63,733 nucleotides of DNA, filler included, from 9 parts of 9 records of this genome joined end to end with filler, not necessarily neighbours in it; one strand, 5' to 3'; shown: positions 1 to 10,416, numbered from the whole stretch's first letter. Notes: generated by a model from the sequence alone, not told the origin. A program made the numbers and translations.

Positions 1-2
1 TC

Positions 3-2102
3 TCATCGTCTCACGCACCACCCAGCAACTCCAAAGGGCATCGGTTCTTCTCTCATGTCTACCAGGAGGCCCTCGAGAAGCTGCACGATCGCGTCAAGCT
101 GCTCCAGCAAGAAGGCTCAGAGGTGGTACTGCAGAAAATCCAGGAGGGTGTAGTTGATGCGGCAGGAGACGTGCTCGAGCAGGATGTTGGCAGCGGTCTT
201 GGGAATACAGCCAAAAGGCTCGCCTTGGGCAAAGGCAAAAAGGCTACCTATGCTGCAGAAAAGAAAGAGAAAGCAGGCAACACAACCGCAGCTCCTGCTG
301 CTGTTCAGGCAAAAGCAGACCCAACAGATGCAGATGTCGCCGACCCATGGTCCCTTGGCTGCAGAAATGTGTCTCAGGACTGGGTTCAAATGACTTGCCC
401 GTGTTTCGAGATGTTTCACTGGAAGCGGATGGTTGTAGACGAGTTCACCTACCTGGATCGGCAAGATAGCGAGATCGTGCGGCTGGTCCAGTCCACCTAC
501 CGCTGGTTCCTGAGTGGCACCCCGCCAACTGCCAACTTTGCTGATGTCAAGGGCATGGCCACTCTGATGGGCGTCCATCTTGGCGTCGACGAGGCGGCAG
601 TGTCCGACTCCAAGCAGTTCAAACAGCTGCAGCGCGAAATGACTGCATCAGAGAGGTTCCAGGCCCGGATGGAAGTGCGAACGGCTGCGTGGCACTCAAG
701 GAGGCACCGACTAGCACAGGGCTTCCTGGATCGATTCATGAGACAAAACATTGCAGAGATAGATGAGATCATCGCAGAGGATCATCTGCAACTGATTGAG
801 CTCACTGCGGCAGAGCAAGCTGTGTATCTGGAGCTGGACCACCACCTGCAAGCAATGGAGATGAAGGCCAAGAAAAGTGTCAAATCGAAGGCCTCTTCCG
901 GTGAAGGCGACCGAGAATCTCGATTGCGTGAAGCCCTGGGAGCAAGCGCGTCTCCTGAAGAGGCGCTGCTGAAGCGCTGCAGCCACTATGATCTGGAGTG
1001 CGCGTCTGTTTCAGCCGAAGCAGCATGCGATCAAATAATCAAGACCAGGCAAAGCCAGCTTGAAGCATGCGAGGAAGAGCTCTTCGAGAAGATTGACCAG
1101 GGAACTGTGATGAGGGACAATCTGGTGGCCCTGGATCCGAGCGAATTCGGCTCCGATCGGTTCTCTGACTGGCTCAGTGGCCTGAGTAAGCCGAGCAAGG
1201 AAGGATGTGGAGATATGGAGGCTCTCACAAAACTCCGGGACATTGTGCGCTTAGCTGTACCCGAGCAGAAACCGCCTTCCAAGGGTATCGGGTCTGGTAT
1301 CACTGATAGCAGCCAAAAACTAGCTGGTGCCAGGCTGAACCTTAGGGAGCATGTGCACTTGCTGAGGAGGCTGGAGAAGGAGCTTGTAGGTAGGGTGCGC
1401 TCGCTTCGGTACTTTCAAGCTGTCCGGGCAATCCAGGCCTGCTCGGAGGAGCCGGTCAAGGCAACATGTGTAGCTTGCGGGACTCAAATGAATTCTGATT
1501 CGGAATGGGCGGTCATGTCTTGCTGCGGACACCAAGGCCGCATGCAGTGCCTAGCCCCAGCGGCTGCGGCACAAGAGTGCCCAGCTGAAGGCTGTGGAGC
1601 TGCTGCTCGTGCCTCCTCAGTGATTGCAGCATCCTCCCTTGCAGGCCCAGAGAAAGCGGTTACCAGCAAGTTTGGGAGTAAGCTAGGCAGCATTGTGAGT
1701 TGCATCAAGCAAATACCTGAAAACGAGAGGATCTTAGTATTTGTGCAGTTTCCGGATCTGGCTCAAGCTGTCATCGCTGCACTCAGAGACAGCTCAGTAG
1801 TAGTTGCCGAAGTGAAGGGCAGCGTGGTGCAAAAGACAAAGGTGATGGACTCTATGCAAGCTGACGGTGGACCGCGTGTACTGCTGCTCAATCTGGCCGA
1901 CGAGTCCGCGTCTGGAGCCAACCTGACCCTTTGTAACCATGCAATATTTGTCCATGCTATGCTGGCTGAGAGTCAAGAACACTACACTGCGTGTGAAACT
2001 CAGGCCATAGGACGCATCCGACGCTACGGCCAGTCAAAAGTGGTGCACTTATGGCGGTTCATTGTGCAGAATACAATCGACCAGAAGATTTTCGACGAGT
2101 GA
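3..2102 (+). CDS. DNMT5: DNMT5-type DNA methyltransferase, C-terminal SNF2 ATPase/RING-like region (5'-truncated by the window edge)
   Basis: Frame is open from nt 3. SNF2 motifs VVDEFTY, LSGTPP and QAIGRIRRYGQ; Cys-rich RING-like insert; segments recalled as DNMT5-specific (LGVD, WH.RRH..AQ.FLD.F.RQNIAEIDEI, ESASGANLT..NHAIFVH). The methyltransferase domain is not in the window. Confidence 0.7.
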   Translation, partial: SSSHAPPSNSKGHRFFSHVYQEALEKLHDRVKLLQQEGSEVVLQKIQEGVVDAAGDVLEQDVGSGLGNTAKRLALGKGKKATYAAEKKEKAGNTTAAPAAVQAKADPTDADVADPWSLGCRNVSQDWVQMTCPCFEMFHWKRMVVDEFTYLDRQDSEIVRLVQSTYRWFLSGTPPTANFADVKGMATLMGVHLGVDEAAVSDSKQFKQLQREMTASERFQARMEVRTAAWHSRRHRLAQGFLDRFMRQNIAEIDEIIAEDHLQLIELTAAEQAVYLELDHHLQAMEMKAKKSVKSKASSGEGDRESRLREALGASASPEEALLKRCSHYDLECASVSAEAACDQIIKTRQSQLEACEEELFEKIDQGTVMRDNLVALDPSEFGSDRFSDWLSGLSKPSKEGCGDMEALTKLRDIVRLAVPEQKPPSKGIGSGITDSSQKLAGARLNLREHVHLLRRLEKELVGRVRSLRYFQAVRAIQACSEEPVKATCVACGTQMNSDSEWAVMSCCGHQGRMQCLAPAAAAQECPAEGCGAAARASSVIAASSLAGPEKAVTSKFGSKLGSIVSCIKQIPENERILVFVQFPDLAQAVIAALRDSSVVVAEVKGSVVQKTKVMDSMQADGGPRVLLLNLADESASGANLTLCNHAIFVHAMLAESQEHYTACETQAIGRIRRYGQSKVVHLWRFIVQNTIDQKIFDE

Positions 2103-2373
2103 GTGCCATGCTAGGACTAAGCTAGTATAGCTGTGGCCTTGCTGAGAATTGAGTGTCGCAGGCGCAATCGTGCGTGGGATGATGGCATGAAAAGCTAGCT
2201 CTGGCCGCTGTATTGATGTTCACTGCACGCAAGGTTGCATAGAAAGATGGCTGAGTATGAGAGACGCCCGCATGCTCACTATCCTCATGTAATCCTCATG
2301 ACTGACGCGTGTATCAGATTAGTATCAGATGGTATTCAAGTACTTGCACGAGTATGTGAACATGACATTGTAA

Positions 2374-2400
2374 GTACTCGTACTCGTACTCGTACTCGTA
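2374..2400. repeat. (GTACTC)4 microsatellite
   Basis: gtactcgtactcgtactcgtactcgta read directly. Confidence 0.9.
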
Positions 2401-2653
2401 GCGACAATCAGCACTCTTGTAAAATAAAAAGAATCCAATCAAGATGTTAGCAGGGCTCTGTTGCATACTAGACTTTCCTGCTCAAAGATCCGCACAAAGA
2501 TGATAAAAGCTTCATTAGATTCTTTATTATAGCTAGAATTTGTACGCAATGTTACACCAAATCGTAACCAAATCGCCCGAGCTGAGCTCCAACAGAGCTC
2601 TCACACTTTCGATCCTGCCACATGCTCTGGCCAGCGTTCAGAAAAACAGCGGA

Positions 2654-2890
2654 CTAGCGACTCGGTTGCTCTTTCGGGGCCGGCGCAGCCTGCTTTGGGA
2701 CAGCTGCTGCAGGCTTCTTGGGTGCCGGCACAGCCTTCTTGGATGCAGCCACAGTTTTGTACTTATTCATCGGCGGCAGTCCCTCCTGGAGGTGCTCGAT
2801 GATATCGCAGGTCTTGGCATCCGTCCCCTGGGGCTTGCCCTTCGAGCAGAAGTGACCCTCGAGATTCTTGACATAGCTCACAAACCGCTC
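2654..2890 (-). CDS. 3' fragment of an unknown protein with a K/P/A-rich tail
   Basis: Reads ...FVSYVKNLEGHFCSKG...PAPKKPAAAVPKQAAPAPKEQPSR*. AATAAA lies downstream; no start codon found. Confidence 0.35.
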   Translation of the reverse strand, partial: ERFVSYVKNLEGHFCSKGKPQGTDAKTCDIIEHLQEGLPPMNKYKTVAASKKAVPAPKKPAAAVPKQAAPAPKEQPSR

Positions 2891-2896
2891 AGGCAC

Positions 2897-3403
2897 TGCA
2901 CGTTCTGGTGCAATTTCTTCTTCATGTTTGGCACATTTCTGAGCGCTGGCCTTCACGGCCTAATGTTCCTCCCGATCAACGAAATGCAGGAACTTGTCTT
3001 TTGGTTGCAATGTGGATCTGATGTGTTGATGATGAGCTTTGCCTTAATGTTCTTTGGAAGTATTCTGCTCATTGTCTCAGTGGTAATCGCAGGTTTGAAC
3101 ATATATGACTCTAGGCCAGCGACTATCAACCTGGTTGGTCTGTCGGTTGGTATCGTGTTTCTTCTGTACGTCCTGATTATGGCAGTGATTGCGTTGCGTG
3201 CTTCACATGATGCCATACGCAAGAAGTTCTTTGACGAATACTGTCAGCAGCAAGGAGACCGCGAGGGTCATCTCAAAGATGAAAGAAAAGCGCTCGCAAA
3301 GGAAACCTTGGCATGGGAAGCTCCTGTTGCAGCACTTGTGCAGGCCCTGCGGCAACCCTGCCAGAAATCGGAAGCCTCCCCGAGTGCCAAGTACGTGGAT
3401 TAA
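2897..3403 (+). CDS. 3' fragment of a multi-pass membrane protein
   Basis: Three hydrophobic helices followed by a polar tail. The 5' part of the track ORF is only the antisense of the 2654-2890 fragment. Confidence 0.4.
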   Translation, partial: CTFWCNFFFMFGTFLSAGLHGLMFLPINEMQELVFWLQCGSDVLMMSFALMFFGSILLIVSVVIAGLNIYDSRPATINLVGLSVGIVFLLYVLIMAVIALRASHDAIRKKFFDEYCQQQGDREGHLKDERKALAKETLAWEAPVAALVQALRQPCQKSEASPSAKYVD

Positions 3404-3679
3404 TGCCGTGCAACGTGCCCACGTTGAAATACTGTTGAAATAATTAGTTCAGTCAGCTGTCTCTACCATCCGCATTCTCATCGTTTAATTCGCGCTTGTC
3501 CTCATCGATGAAGGCGAGGGGGCGGCCCTTTCTTTGCTGCTCCGCAGCCAACGCGACGCCGTCAACCCGACACATATTGTATTATTAATTAGAGCAATGC
3601 GCACGCGGTTCTTGCCGCCACCGGCTGCCAGCCCAGGGTAATTAATCTAGAGTAAGTGAGCGTACTGGTACATGAAAAG

Positions 3680-5573
3680 TCACGCACTCACTACGTTGTT
3701 GTTTTCGATGGTGATGTCCGTCGCCCCCGGCATCATCGCCACGATGTCGTCCATCGACTTGCACGCCTTGCACACAAAGGTGTTGTGCGACAGGGTGAGG
3801 TTGGACAGCTCCATGGGACCCTCGTAGAAGGACGGCAGCAGCAGGAACTCAAGCTCCTCCTGGTTGGTGTTGGAGAAGTGGTTGCCTTCAATGCGGGAGT
3901 CTGAGGACTTGAACCGACCGAACAGACCTGTGGAGTAGCTGAAGTTGCTGTTGCGGATCACGGCGCCCCGCGCCCGCGCTCGCTCCATCTCCACCATGTA
4001 CGGCACCGCAAGGCCCGCGTGCGGCGATGTGGGTGGGGCGCTGGCGAGTGAAATCTCGTACACGGTGGCTCTGAAGTGCTGCACTGGGTAGTGCTGCCCG
4101 TTGAACGAGCTGAACTTGTACGGCGCTTGGCTCACAGCAGAGTAGAGACCGTCGGCCTGCTTGCCCAGTGTGCTGTTGATGCTGGCATCCAGCTCCTGCG
4201 GCCAGGCCGACACCGTGCTATCGCCCAGGAAACCCATGCCCACTGGGTCGTAGAATCGCAGCTTGTCGCCTGGAGCCAGTCGCCGTAGAGGCTCCGAAGT
4301 GCCGTAGTAGAGGTTGGTGATGCCGTCGGTGGCCTGATCAGACGTGTGCGGGTGCACCAGGGTGATGCTGGCTCCGCTATCGGAGGTGTTCTTCACCCCC
4401 ATCACCATCATCACCGTGTTCTGCACATTCCAGTAGTCATCCAACAGGTGCGAAATCGTGCAGCCGTCAATGAGGGGCCCGTGATCCACGTCTTCACCTT
4501 GCAGCCACACGAATCAGGGCTGGCGAGGGCCAGGAGGAGGAGTCACTGTGTATGCCATCCGCGTTGACAGAGATGAGGCGTCCGGGGCCGGGCACGATGC
4601 TGACATTGAGGTAGCTGTGGGCACCGTGACCGTCGATCTCAGCGACGGCCATGTAGCCAGAGGCCCTGACAGTCAGGGACGGTGAGGGCGGGTGAGGGCG
4701 ATGTTCCGGGTCAGGATTTCGAGTTAGGGTTAGGGTTAGGGTTAGGGTATTGGTGAGCATCCAGGTTAGGGTGTGGGCGACGCGTAAGGTATAGTCTGTC
4801 GTCAGTCTGGTGGTATGGGTGTCGACCTGATGGCCACGTCCTGAGTGGTAACCCTGGTGGAGTTCGCGACCCCATAGCTGTACCCCAGCCACACCGTCGC
4901 CACAAAGTTATCCCCCACTGCCAGCTTGCATCTGCTGCTGGTCGGGTACTGGAAGGTTCGATTTCCGAGCGCCACAATGCTGCTCGAGTCAAACGAACCC
5001 TGGCATTTCGGTTTGTCTGACTCGGCGTCCCCACCGAAATACCAGACGATGGGCGCATTCACGGCGTCTGCCCCCACCGACCAGTAGTCTGGCAACTCCG
5101 TCAGGGAATCCTCGGGCACGGTGTACACAAACGATTTCCCGGAGATGCCGGTGACGGCGCCTCGGATGTACCTGATGCACAAGCCACAGGTGAGCGGCAG
5201 AGCAGGTCACGGTGGGCTCTTACGGGGTCGGGTTGCGATCCAGGATGAAGCCTTTGAAGGTCACGTCTGTGCTGTCTTTGATGCGCACGGCACCGTTGTA
5301 GCCCCAGTTCCACAGTGTGGAGTCGGTTTCCGACCGAATGGTGAGGCCCGTGGCCCCCTCGATCAGCAGCGTCTTGTTGCCCAGCTGATAATCGCCGTGC
5401 ACCACCAGCTCCTTGTCACCACGGGCGATGGCGGCGTTGACGTCCGCTTGCAGCTGGTCGGCATCGCCGAGAGCGGGCCCCGAGGACGAGGGCAGGCCCT
5501 GCACCGTCGTCATCAGCGTAGTAGCAGCGACAGCGACGCAGAGCAGTGTGTGCACGGTAGTGGCGGGCTGCAT
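3680..5573 (-). CDS. Secreted parallel beta-helix glycoside hydrolase, GH110-like; 4 exons
   Basis: Signal peptide. Introns 5172-5223, 4666-4826 and 4498-4546 join four track ORFs in frame. Motif NADGIHS...GPLIDGC...DDYWNV and beta-helix-like repeats (IRNSNF, IEGNHF). Confidence 0.65.
4724..4771 (+). repeat. Intronic telomere-type repeat (TTAGGG)4 plus one more unit
   Basis: TTAGGG x4 at 4724-4747 and a fifth unit at 4766-4771, inside intron 4666-4826. Confidence 0.9.
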
Positions 5574-5737
5574 GAGTTCTTGGCACGGTGGAAGGCGCGG
5601 GCCTGCTGACTCCGCCGGTGTGGTCGAGGAGGTTACAACGACACGACGACATGCATATGCATGACTATGGACTCGTAAAGTTCGGATTTTGCCACATTGC
5701 CACTATGAATGAAAAGAGTTGTTGATTTATTTGCAAT

Positions 5738-7129
5738 TCACTTGGTTGTCGGGCACGCATCTGCGTGAGCATCCAGGGCTAGATCTGCCATCTGAACAGC
5801 ACCCTCCATCCAACACTGCCAGTCCGAGGCGTTGCTATTGGCATAGAACACCGGAGCACCGTCGCCACATGGTCGGAGCAGCTCTCCCCGCAGCTTTGGC
5901 ACATCCACCCCTGGCAGCCACCACGAGGCCGCATGATCCCACGCTCGAAACACTGCATGCTCCGGCGCAGGCACCCGGCCCCGCTCGCCATAGTGGCTAA
6001 TGGAGAGATCATCCAGCAACGCCTCTACCACCGCCTCGATCCCGCCCTCCTCCTCAAGCGCGGCCAGCGCCTGTGTCGGCGGCGCGTCGCCCGCAGTGTA
6101 CACCAGCAGCGTGTCCGAGTCCCAATAAAACACGAGCCTGGCCCGGGTGGTGGTAATGGACCTCCCTGTAGTTAACCCAAAGTCCCGCTCCCACCAGGGC
6201 TCAGCCCAGGTGAGGAAGCACTTGGTGCACTTGGCGTTGAGCACCGCAGCGTTAGCCCGCGCCGCCAATCCAGCCTTAAGTCCGCTGATCTCGTTCCAAT
6301 GGCACAGAGGTGCGGTGAGGAACACAGCGTCGGCAGTGAGAGCACTCCCGTCACCAAACCCGAGCGTGGCCGGCCCGGCAGGCCCGGAAGTCTCTACCGA
6401 GACTAGCTCCTTGCCGAACTGCACCGGAGTGTCCCCGGCCATCCGGCTCACCACAGACTGCCAGCCCTGCGCCAGCTGGTGGTGTGTCGGGCCAGCAGAG
6501 GCCAGGCACCGGTTGGCCTCGCGCCAGCACGCCGCCGAGATCGGCCCGACATCGTCGTACCCGAGCTGCGCGTGCCACGCCCGCTGGTCCAGGGAGGCAT
6601 CCCCAAACTCCTTCCAAACGCCGTTGACGTCCATCTGGTGCAGAGCCTGCTCGTACACATCCAGCGCCGCATCCCCGGGGTGCCGCGCGTCGTGCCGCGC
6701 CAGCAAGACATCGAACGCGTCGGCCGGCAGCTCCCCGGACGGAGTTCGCGCCTGCGTCTCGGCGTCGAAGAAGAAGGTCGCCGGGCCGGACAGCGGCCGT
6801 GGGTCCAAGACGAAGTCAAGCTCATCGCAGAGCGCCGCCATCCGCCTGTGGGCGTGGGGAAATATTCGCATGCCACCGAGCTCCTCCACGTACTGCGGAC
6901 TCGGGGCGCCGGCGTCGATCGCTGTGGAGGACATCAGCCGACCGCCCACCCGGTCGGCCCGCTCCACGATACCCAGCCGGAGCTCGGGCCGGGCCTGGGA
7001 GAGCCGGTGGGCTATGTACGCTCCTGAGAACCCACAGCCGACGATGGCCACGTCCAGGCTCGCCGCGGTGCTCATCATCCGCCCCAGTCCGGGGCCAGAG
7101 CGCAGCCCGGCGCTCCTCGCGAGACTCAT
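5738..7129 (-). CDS. Flavin-dependent amine/L-amino-acid oxidase (MAO family), intronless, possible mitochondrial presequence
   Basis: VAIVGCGFSG, E.ADRVGGRL, ELGGMRI and C-terminal WMEGAV motifs. Likely start MSLARSAGLRS at 7129. Confidence 0.85.
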   Translation of the reverse strand: MSLARSAGLRSGPGLGRMMSTAASLDVAIVGCGFSGAYIAHRLSQARPELRLGIVERADRVGGRLMSSTAIDAGAPSPQYVEELGGMRIFPHAHRRMAALCDELDFVLDPRPLSGPATFFFDAETQARTPSGELPADAFDVLLARHDARHPGDAALDVYEQALHQMDVNGVWKEFGDASLDQRAWHAQLGYDDVGPISAACWREANRCLASAGPTHHQLAQGWQSVVSRMAGDTPVQFGKELVSVETSGPAGPATLGFGDGSALTADAVFLTAPLCHWNEISGLKAGLAARANAAVLNAKCTKCFLTWAEPWWERDFGLTTGRSITTTRARLVFYWDSDTLLVYTAGDAPPTQALAALEEEGGIEAVVEALLDDLSISHYGERGRVPAPEHAVFRAWDHAASWWLPGVDVPKLRGELLRPCGDGAPVFYANSNASDWQCWMEGAVQMADLALDAHADACPTTK

Positions 7130-7225
7130 CGGAGTGGCCGAGTGGGGCCCTGCCGTGTAACGGAATCTGACCGGCCGCGAGGCCTTCACCCACGCCTGGT
7201 TGCCAGGGAAGGGGGGGGGCGCGAG

Positions 7226-7764
7226 ATGACGGCCCCGAGCGAGTACCTGAGCGGGCTGTGCCGGCGGTGCGGGCAGCGTGCTGGCCCGGGCGAGCCTGGT
7301 GGCAGCATCCCGGGGGTGATTGCGATCTTCGTCAACCACCACCAGGGCCCGGAGCTGTTGCGCGGTGCCCCGCCCCGGCGACCGCACACCGAGCGGCTGG
7401 CAGCGGTGGCCGAGGAGCGGGACTCCGAGCGGCTGTCCGAGCAGCGCACTGACCTGGCGGCCGCGGTGGGGATAGCAACAGACCAGGCAGGGCGCGCTGG
7501 TGGCCGGGGCGAGCCTGGGGGTCAGCTTTCCAAGATTGATATGAAGAACCGGTCGCTGGTGGCGTTTTGTAACGGGGTGAACGTGGTGCACCTGAATCAC
7601 CATCCGCTGGTGCTCACGTTTGTGGCGGAGGAGGTGGGGCCGGCCGTGTGCGCGGGCCGATCGGGTGGTAGGATGCGGCGATCGGCTTGATCTTGGAGAT
7701 GGCGGACGAAGTGCGGCAGGTGCTGGAGCCGATGAGGACCTTTGGCAACACCTGCTTCGAGTAA
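7226..7764 (+). CDS. LAMTOR3: Ragulator complex subunit LAMTOR3 (MP1); 5 exons
   Basis: Introns 7267-7305, 7365-7403, 7487-7525 (GC-AG) and 7634-7671. The spliced protein reads ATDQLSKIDMKNRSLVAF...VVHLNHHPLVLTFVA...IGLILEM, matching the family pattern. Confidence 0.8.
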
Positions 7765-8024
7765 CACGGCTTTCGTAAACCCAATCAGGGAGAGGAATGG
7801 ATTTAAATAAAAAACAGTGTCGCACGACCGGTCGTTTACGACGTGACGATGTTTGCCGTATGAGTACTATACGCACGCCGTACCAGGCACCGCCCAGGAT
7901 GCGAGCGGACCTACTAAAGCGAGAGTTAGACCAAGAATCTATCCAATGATGTATATAGTTTGATAAAGACGCCGCAACAAGCTCGACACCCTTACCCCTA
8001 TCTATGGATCGACGAGTGCCTAGA

Positions 8025-8885
8025 CTACACGACCAGCCGGTAGGTAATGTACCGGCCAGCCGTCTCACTAGCCCTTTCAATCTTGACCACCTGCAGACCC
8101 CACTCTCAGCCTTTGCAGGCACACGGACTCACGTCTCCTCGATTCAGCCCGTAGTACCGGGACACCGGATCCTTGTGCTGAATCCTGGGCAGCTGGGTCT
8201 CCTTCAGCTTATACTTACGCAGCAGCGCCCTGCGGCCCACCCTCAGCCCCGCTCTGGCAGCGCGGGCCACTTCTTCTCGTCTTTAGTCAGCTGCTGGTGC
8301 GTCGGGACAAGAACATGCTCTGTGATATTGACCAGCAGCTCCTTCTCCAGGAATTGCTCGACCTGCCCCCCGTCGCCCCGCCGACCCAGCCGGCCGCGCA
8401 CCCGGTACCCCTGGCTCGTGTTAGTGTTCTGGAGCGCCTGCTTGGCGAAGGGCGTGAGCTTCCCCCGGACTATAATCATCGCCTTGGTCACGCCCTGCGA
8501 CTTCATCTTCTCCAGGCACCTGCCCGGCCCAGTCGGACCGGCCCAGCCCGGGGCCCACTTCCGGATCGGCTTGACTCCGACGTTGTCCTCCTCCATAAAG
8601 AAGACAAACAGCTTGCTCGCGTGGTCCTCCCCGTGCCGGTGCAGCATCGCCAGCTGCTCCCGCCTGCCTGCGCTCGCCCGGGCGCCGGGCTCCGGGGCGT
8701 ACGACGGCGCGTTGCCGTATTGCTCCTTGAAGGCGCTCAGGGACTTGTTGAGTTCGTCCGAGGAGATGAGGTATCCTCGGTCGGCGAGCATCTTGGTGAC
8801 CGTCTTCCGCACCCGGAACAGCCGGCTCACCTGCCCCCCGGATCGGAGCACGCGCCGGGGCCCGGCCCACCTCGTCCTCGGCCAT
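8025..8885 (-). CDS. RPB5: RNA polymerase I/II/III shared subunit RPB5; 7 exons
   Basis: Introns 8831-8870, 8664-8702, 8520-8558, 8363-8401, 8230-8270 and 8091-8132. Motifs [37 protein letters not shown] and [11 protein letters not shown]. Confidence 0.95.
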
Positions 8886-9006
8886 GGCTCACTCCACACC
8901 CCGCCTGCTCAGCCCCTGGTTGCACCAGCGCGCCCGAGTGCCGTTCGGTTGTTGGTGAGGGTTGTTGAGCAGGTTGTTGGGCTCCGCATCCTTGGTTGGG
9001 GACCGG

Positions 9007-10416
9007 ATGGAGGCACGGCTACTCAACGCGGGCTTCGATGTCCCCGGTGAGCCGCTCGTGGAGAAGGACAAGAAGGACCCGAACTCGTTCGACTGCGACG
9101 AGGTGATCGAGCAGGTCGGCTTCGGCTCCTTCCAGATCTGGCTCGGGCTGCTCGCCGGGGCGCTCTTCGCCACCGACGCCATCCAGATGACCATGCTCTC
9201 ATTCACCACCTCCGCCGCCCGGTGCACCTTCGGACTCAACGTCTCCGAGGGCGCGCTCATCGCGTCGGCCTGCTTTGGGGGCAACCTAATCGGTTCCTAT
9301 TGGTGCGGCGCGCTGGCGGACAAGTACGGCCGCCGGCTGATCTTCCTCGGAGCCGCGGCTTGCCAGCTGGTGTTTGCTGTGCTGAGCGCCCTGGCCACCT
9401 CGTACGAGCTGTTGCTGGCCGCACAATTCCTTGTCGGGTTTGGCATTGGGGCAGTGCCGGTGGCGTTTACGCTCTATGCTGAGTTTGTGCCGGTAGAGAG
9501 CCGGGGCCGCCGATTGGTCTCCTTGCAGATCTCGTGGACCATCGGCTGTGTGGCCGAGGCCGGCTTGGCTTGGTTAGTGGTGCCCACGCTAGGCTGGCGC
9601 TGGCTGGTGCTCCTGTCTGCTGCTCCGTGCCTGCTTCTTCTACTTGCAGCACCCTGGCTCCCTGAATCTCCCAAATGGCAGGCGGCGCATGGGAGGCAGG
9701 AGGAGGCCTTCGCGACCTTGCAGAGAGTCGGTAACGCCAACGGGATCGACCGTTTGGTATGTGGCAAGCCGTCACAACTCCGCGTGGCGCCAGAGCCTGA
9801 AAATGACGTCTCTTTGCTCGATCTATTTCGGGACGGCTACGCTCGGCTCACCGTGGTTGTATGGGCGCTCTGGATTCTGGGCACGCTGCTATACTATGCG
9901 GCCATCCTGCTAGCGACGGAGGTCCGGGAGCTGGCTGGAGAGACCGAGGATCCGTGCTTCGCTCTGCAGAGAGAAGACTACGTGATGGCTGCTGTAACGG
10001 CCACAGCCGAGCTGCCGGCGTTCGTTGCTGCTGTTTATATGGTCGACTCGCTCGGCCGGCCGCATACCATTGCAATCTCGTTCTTAGTGATGGCGATCGC
10101 TCTGGTGGCGGTGCTGTTGTGTGCGGGCGAGATGTGGGCAGAGACAGTGTGCCTCTTCGGGGCTCGCGCGGCGGTCATGTGCGGCTGCCTGGCCTTCTAC
10201 ATAGGGACGGGAGAGCTTTACCCTACCAAGATGCGCACCACTGGGCTGGGGACAGCGAATGCGGTAGCCAGGCTGGGTGGGTTTGCTGCTCCGTTCATCG
10301 CGTCTGTTTTGTTGGACACTTCGAGAGTGGCCAGTTTGCTGGCACTTGGTGCGATCTCGCTGGTCACCGCGTGGGTGGGGCTCAAACTTCCTGAGACTAG
10401 TGGCACGCTAGAGTAA
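9007..10416 (+). CDS. MFS transporter, SVOP/organic-cation type; intronless
   Basis: IEQVGFGSFQ, GALADKYGRR, AEFVP...RG, LPESPKW, ELYPT.MR.TG.G and LPETSG motifs; about 12 TM helices. Confidence 0.9.
   Translation: MEARLLNAGFDVPGEPLVEKDKKDPNSFDCDEVIEQVGFGSFQIWLGLLAGALFATDAIQMTMLSFTTSAARCTFGLNVSEGALIASACFGGNLIGSYWCGALADKYGRRLIFLGAAACQLVFAVLSALATSYELLLAAQFLVGFGIGAVPVAFTLYAEFVPVESRGRRLVSLQISWTIGCVAEAGLAWLVVPTLGWRWLVLLSAAPCLLLLLAAPWLPESPKWQAAHGRQEEAFATLQRVGNANGIDRLVCGKPSQLRVAPEPENDVSLLDLFRDGYARLTVVVWALWILGTLLYYAAILLATEVRELAGETEDPCFALQREDYVMAAVTATAELPAFVAAVYMVDSLGRPHTIAISFLVMAIALVAVLLCAGEMWAETVCLFGARAAVMCGCLAFYIGTGELYPTKMRTTGLGTANAVARLGGFAAPFIASVLLDTSRVASLLALGAISLVTAWVGLKLPETSGTLE

Noticed and set aside
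4724-4771. Chromosome end
   Set aside because: Only five units, lying inside an intron with coding exons on both sides.
5738-8122. 794-aa ORF as a single protein
   Set aside because: Its N-terminal ~330 aa run across the RPB5 3' end and antisense to LAMTOR3; the oxidase starts at about 7129.
8243-8899. RPB5 with novel G/P/A/R-rich insertions, or frameshifted pseudogenes across the window
   Set aside because: The insertions and frame breaks coincide with 36-48-nt GT/GC-AG introns.
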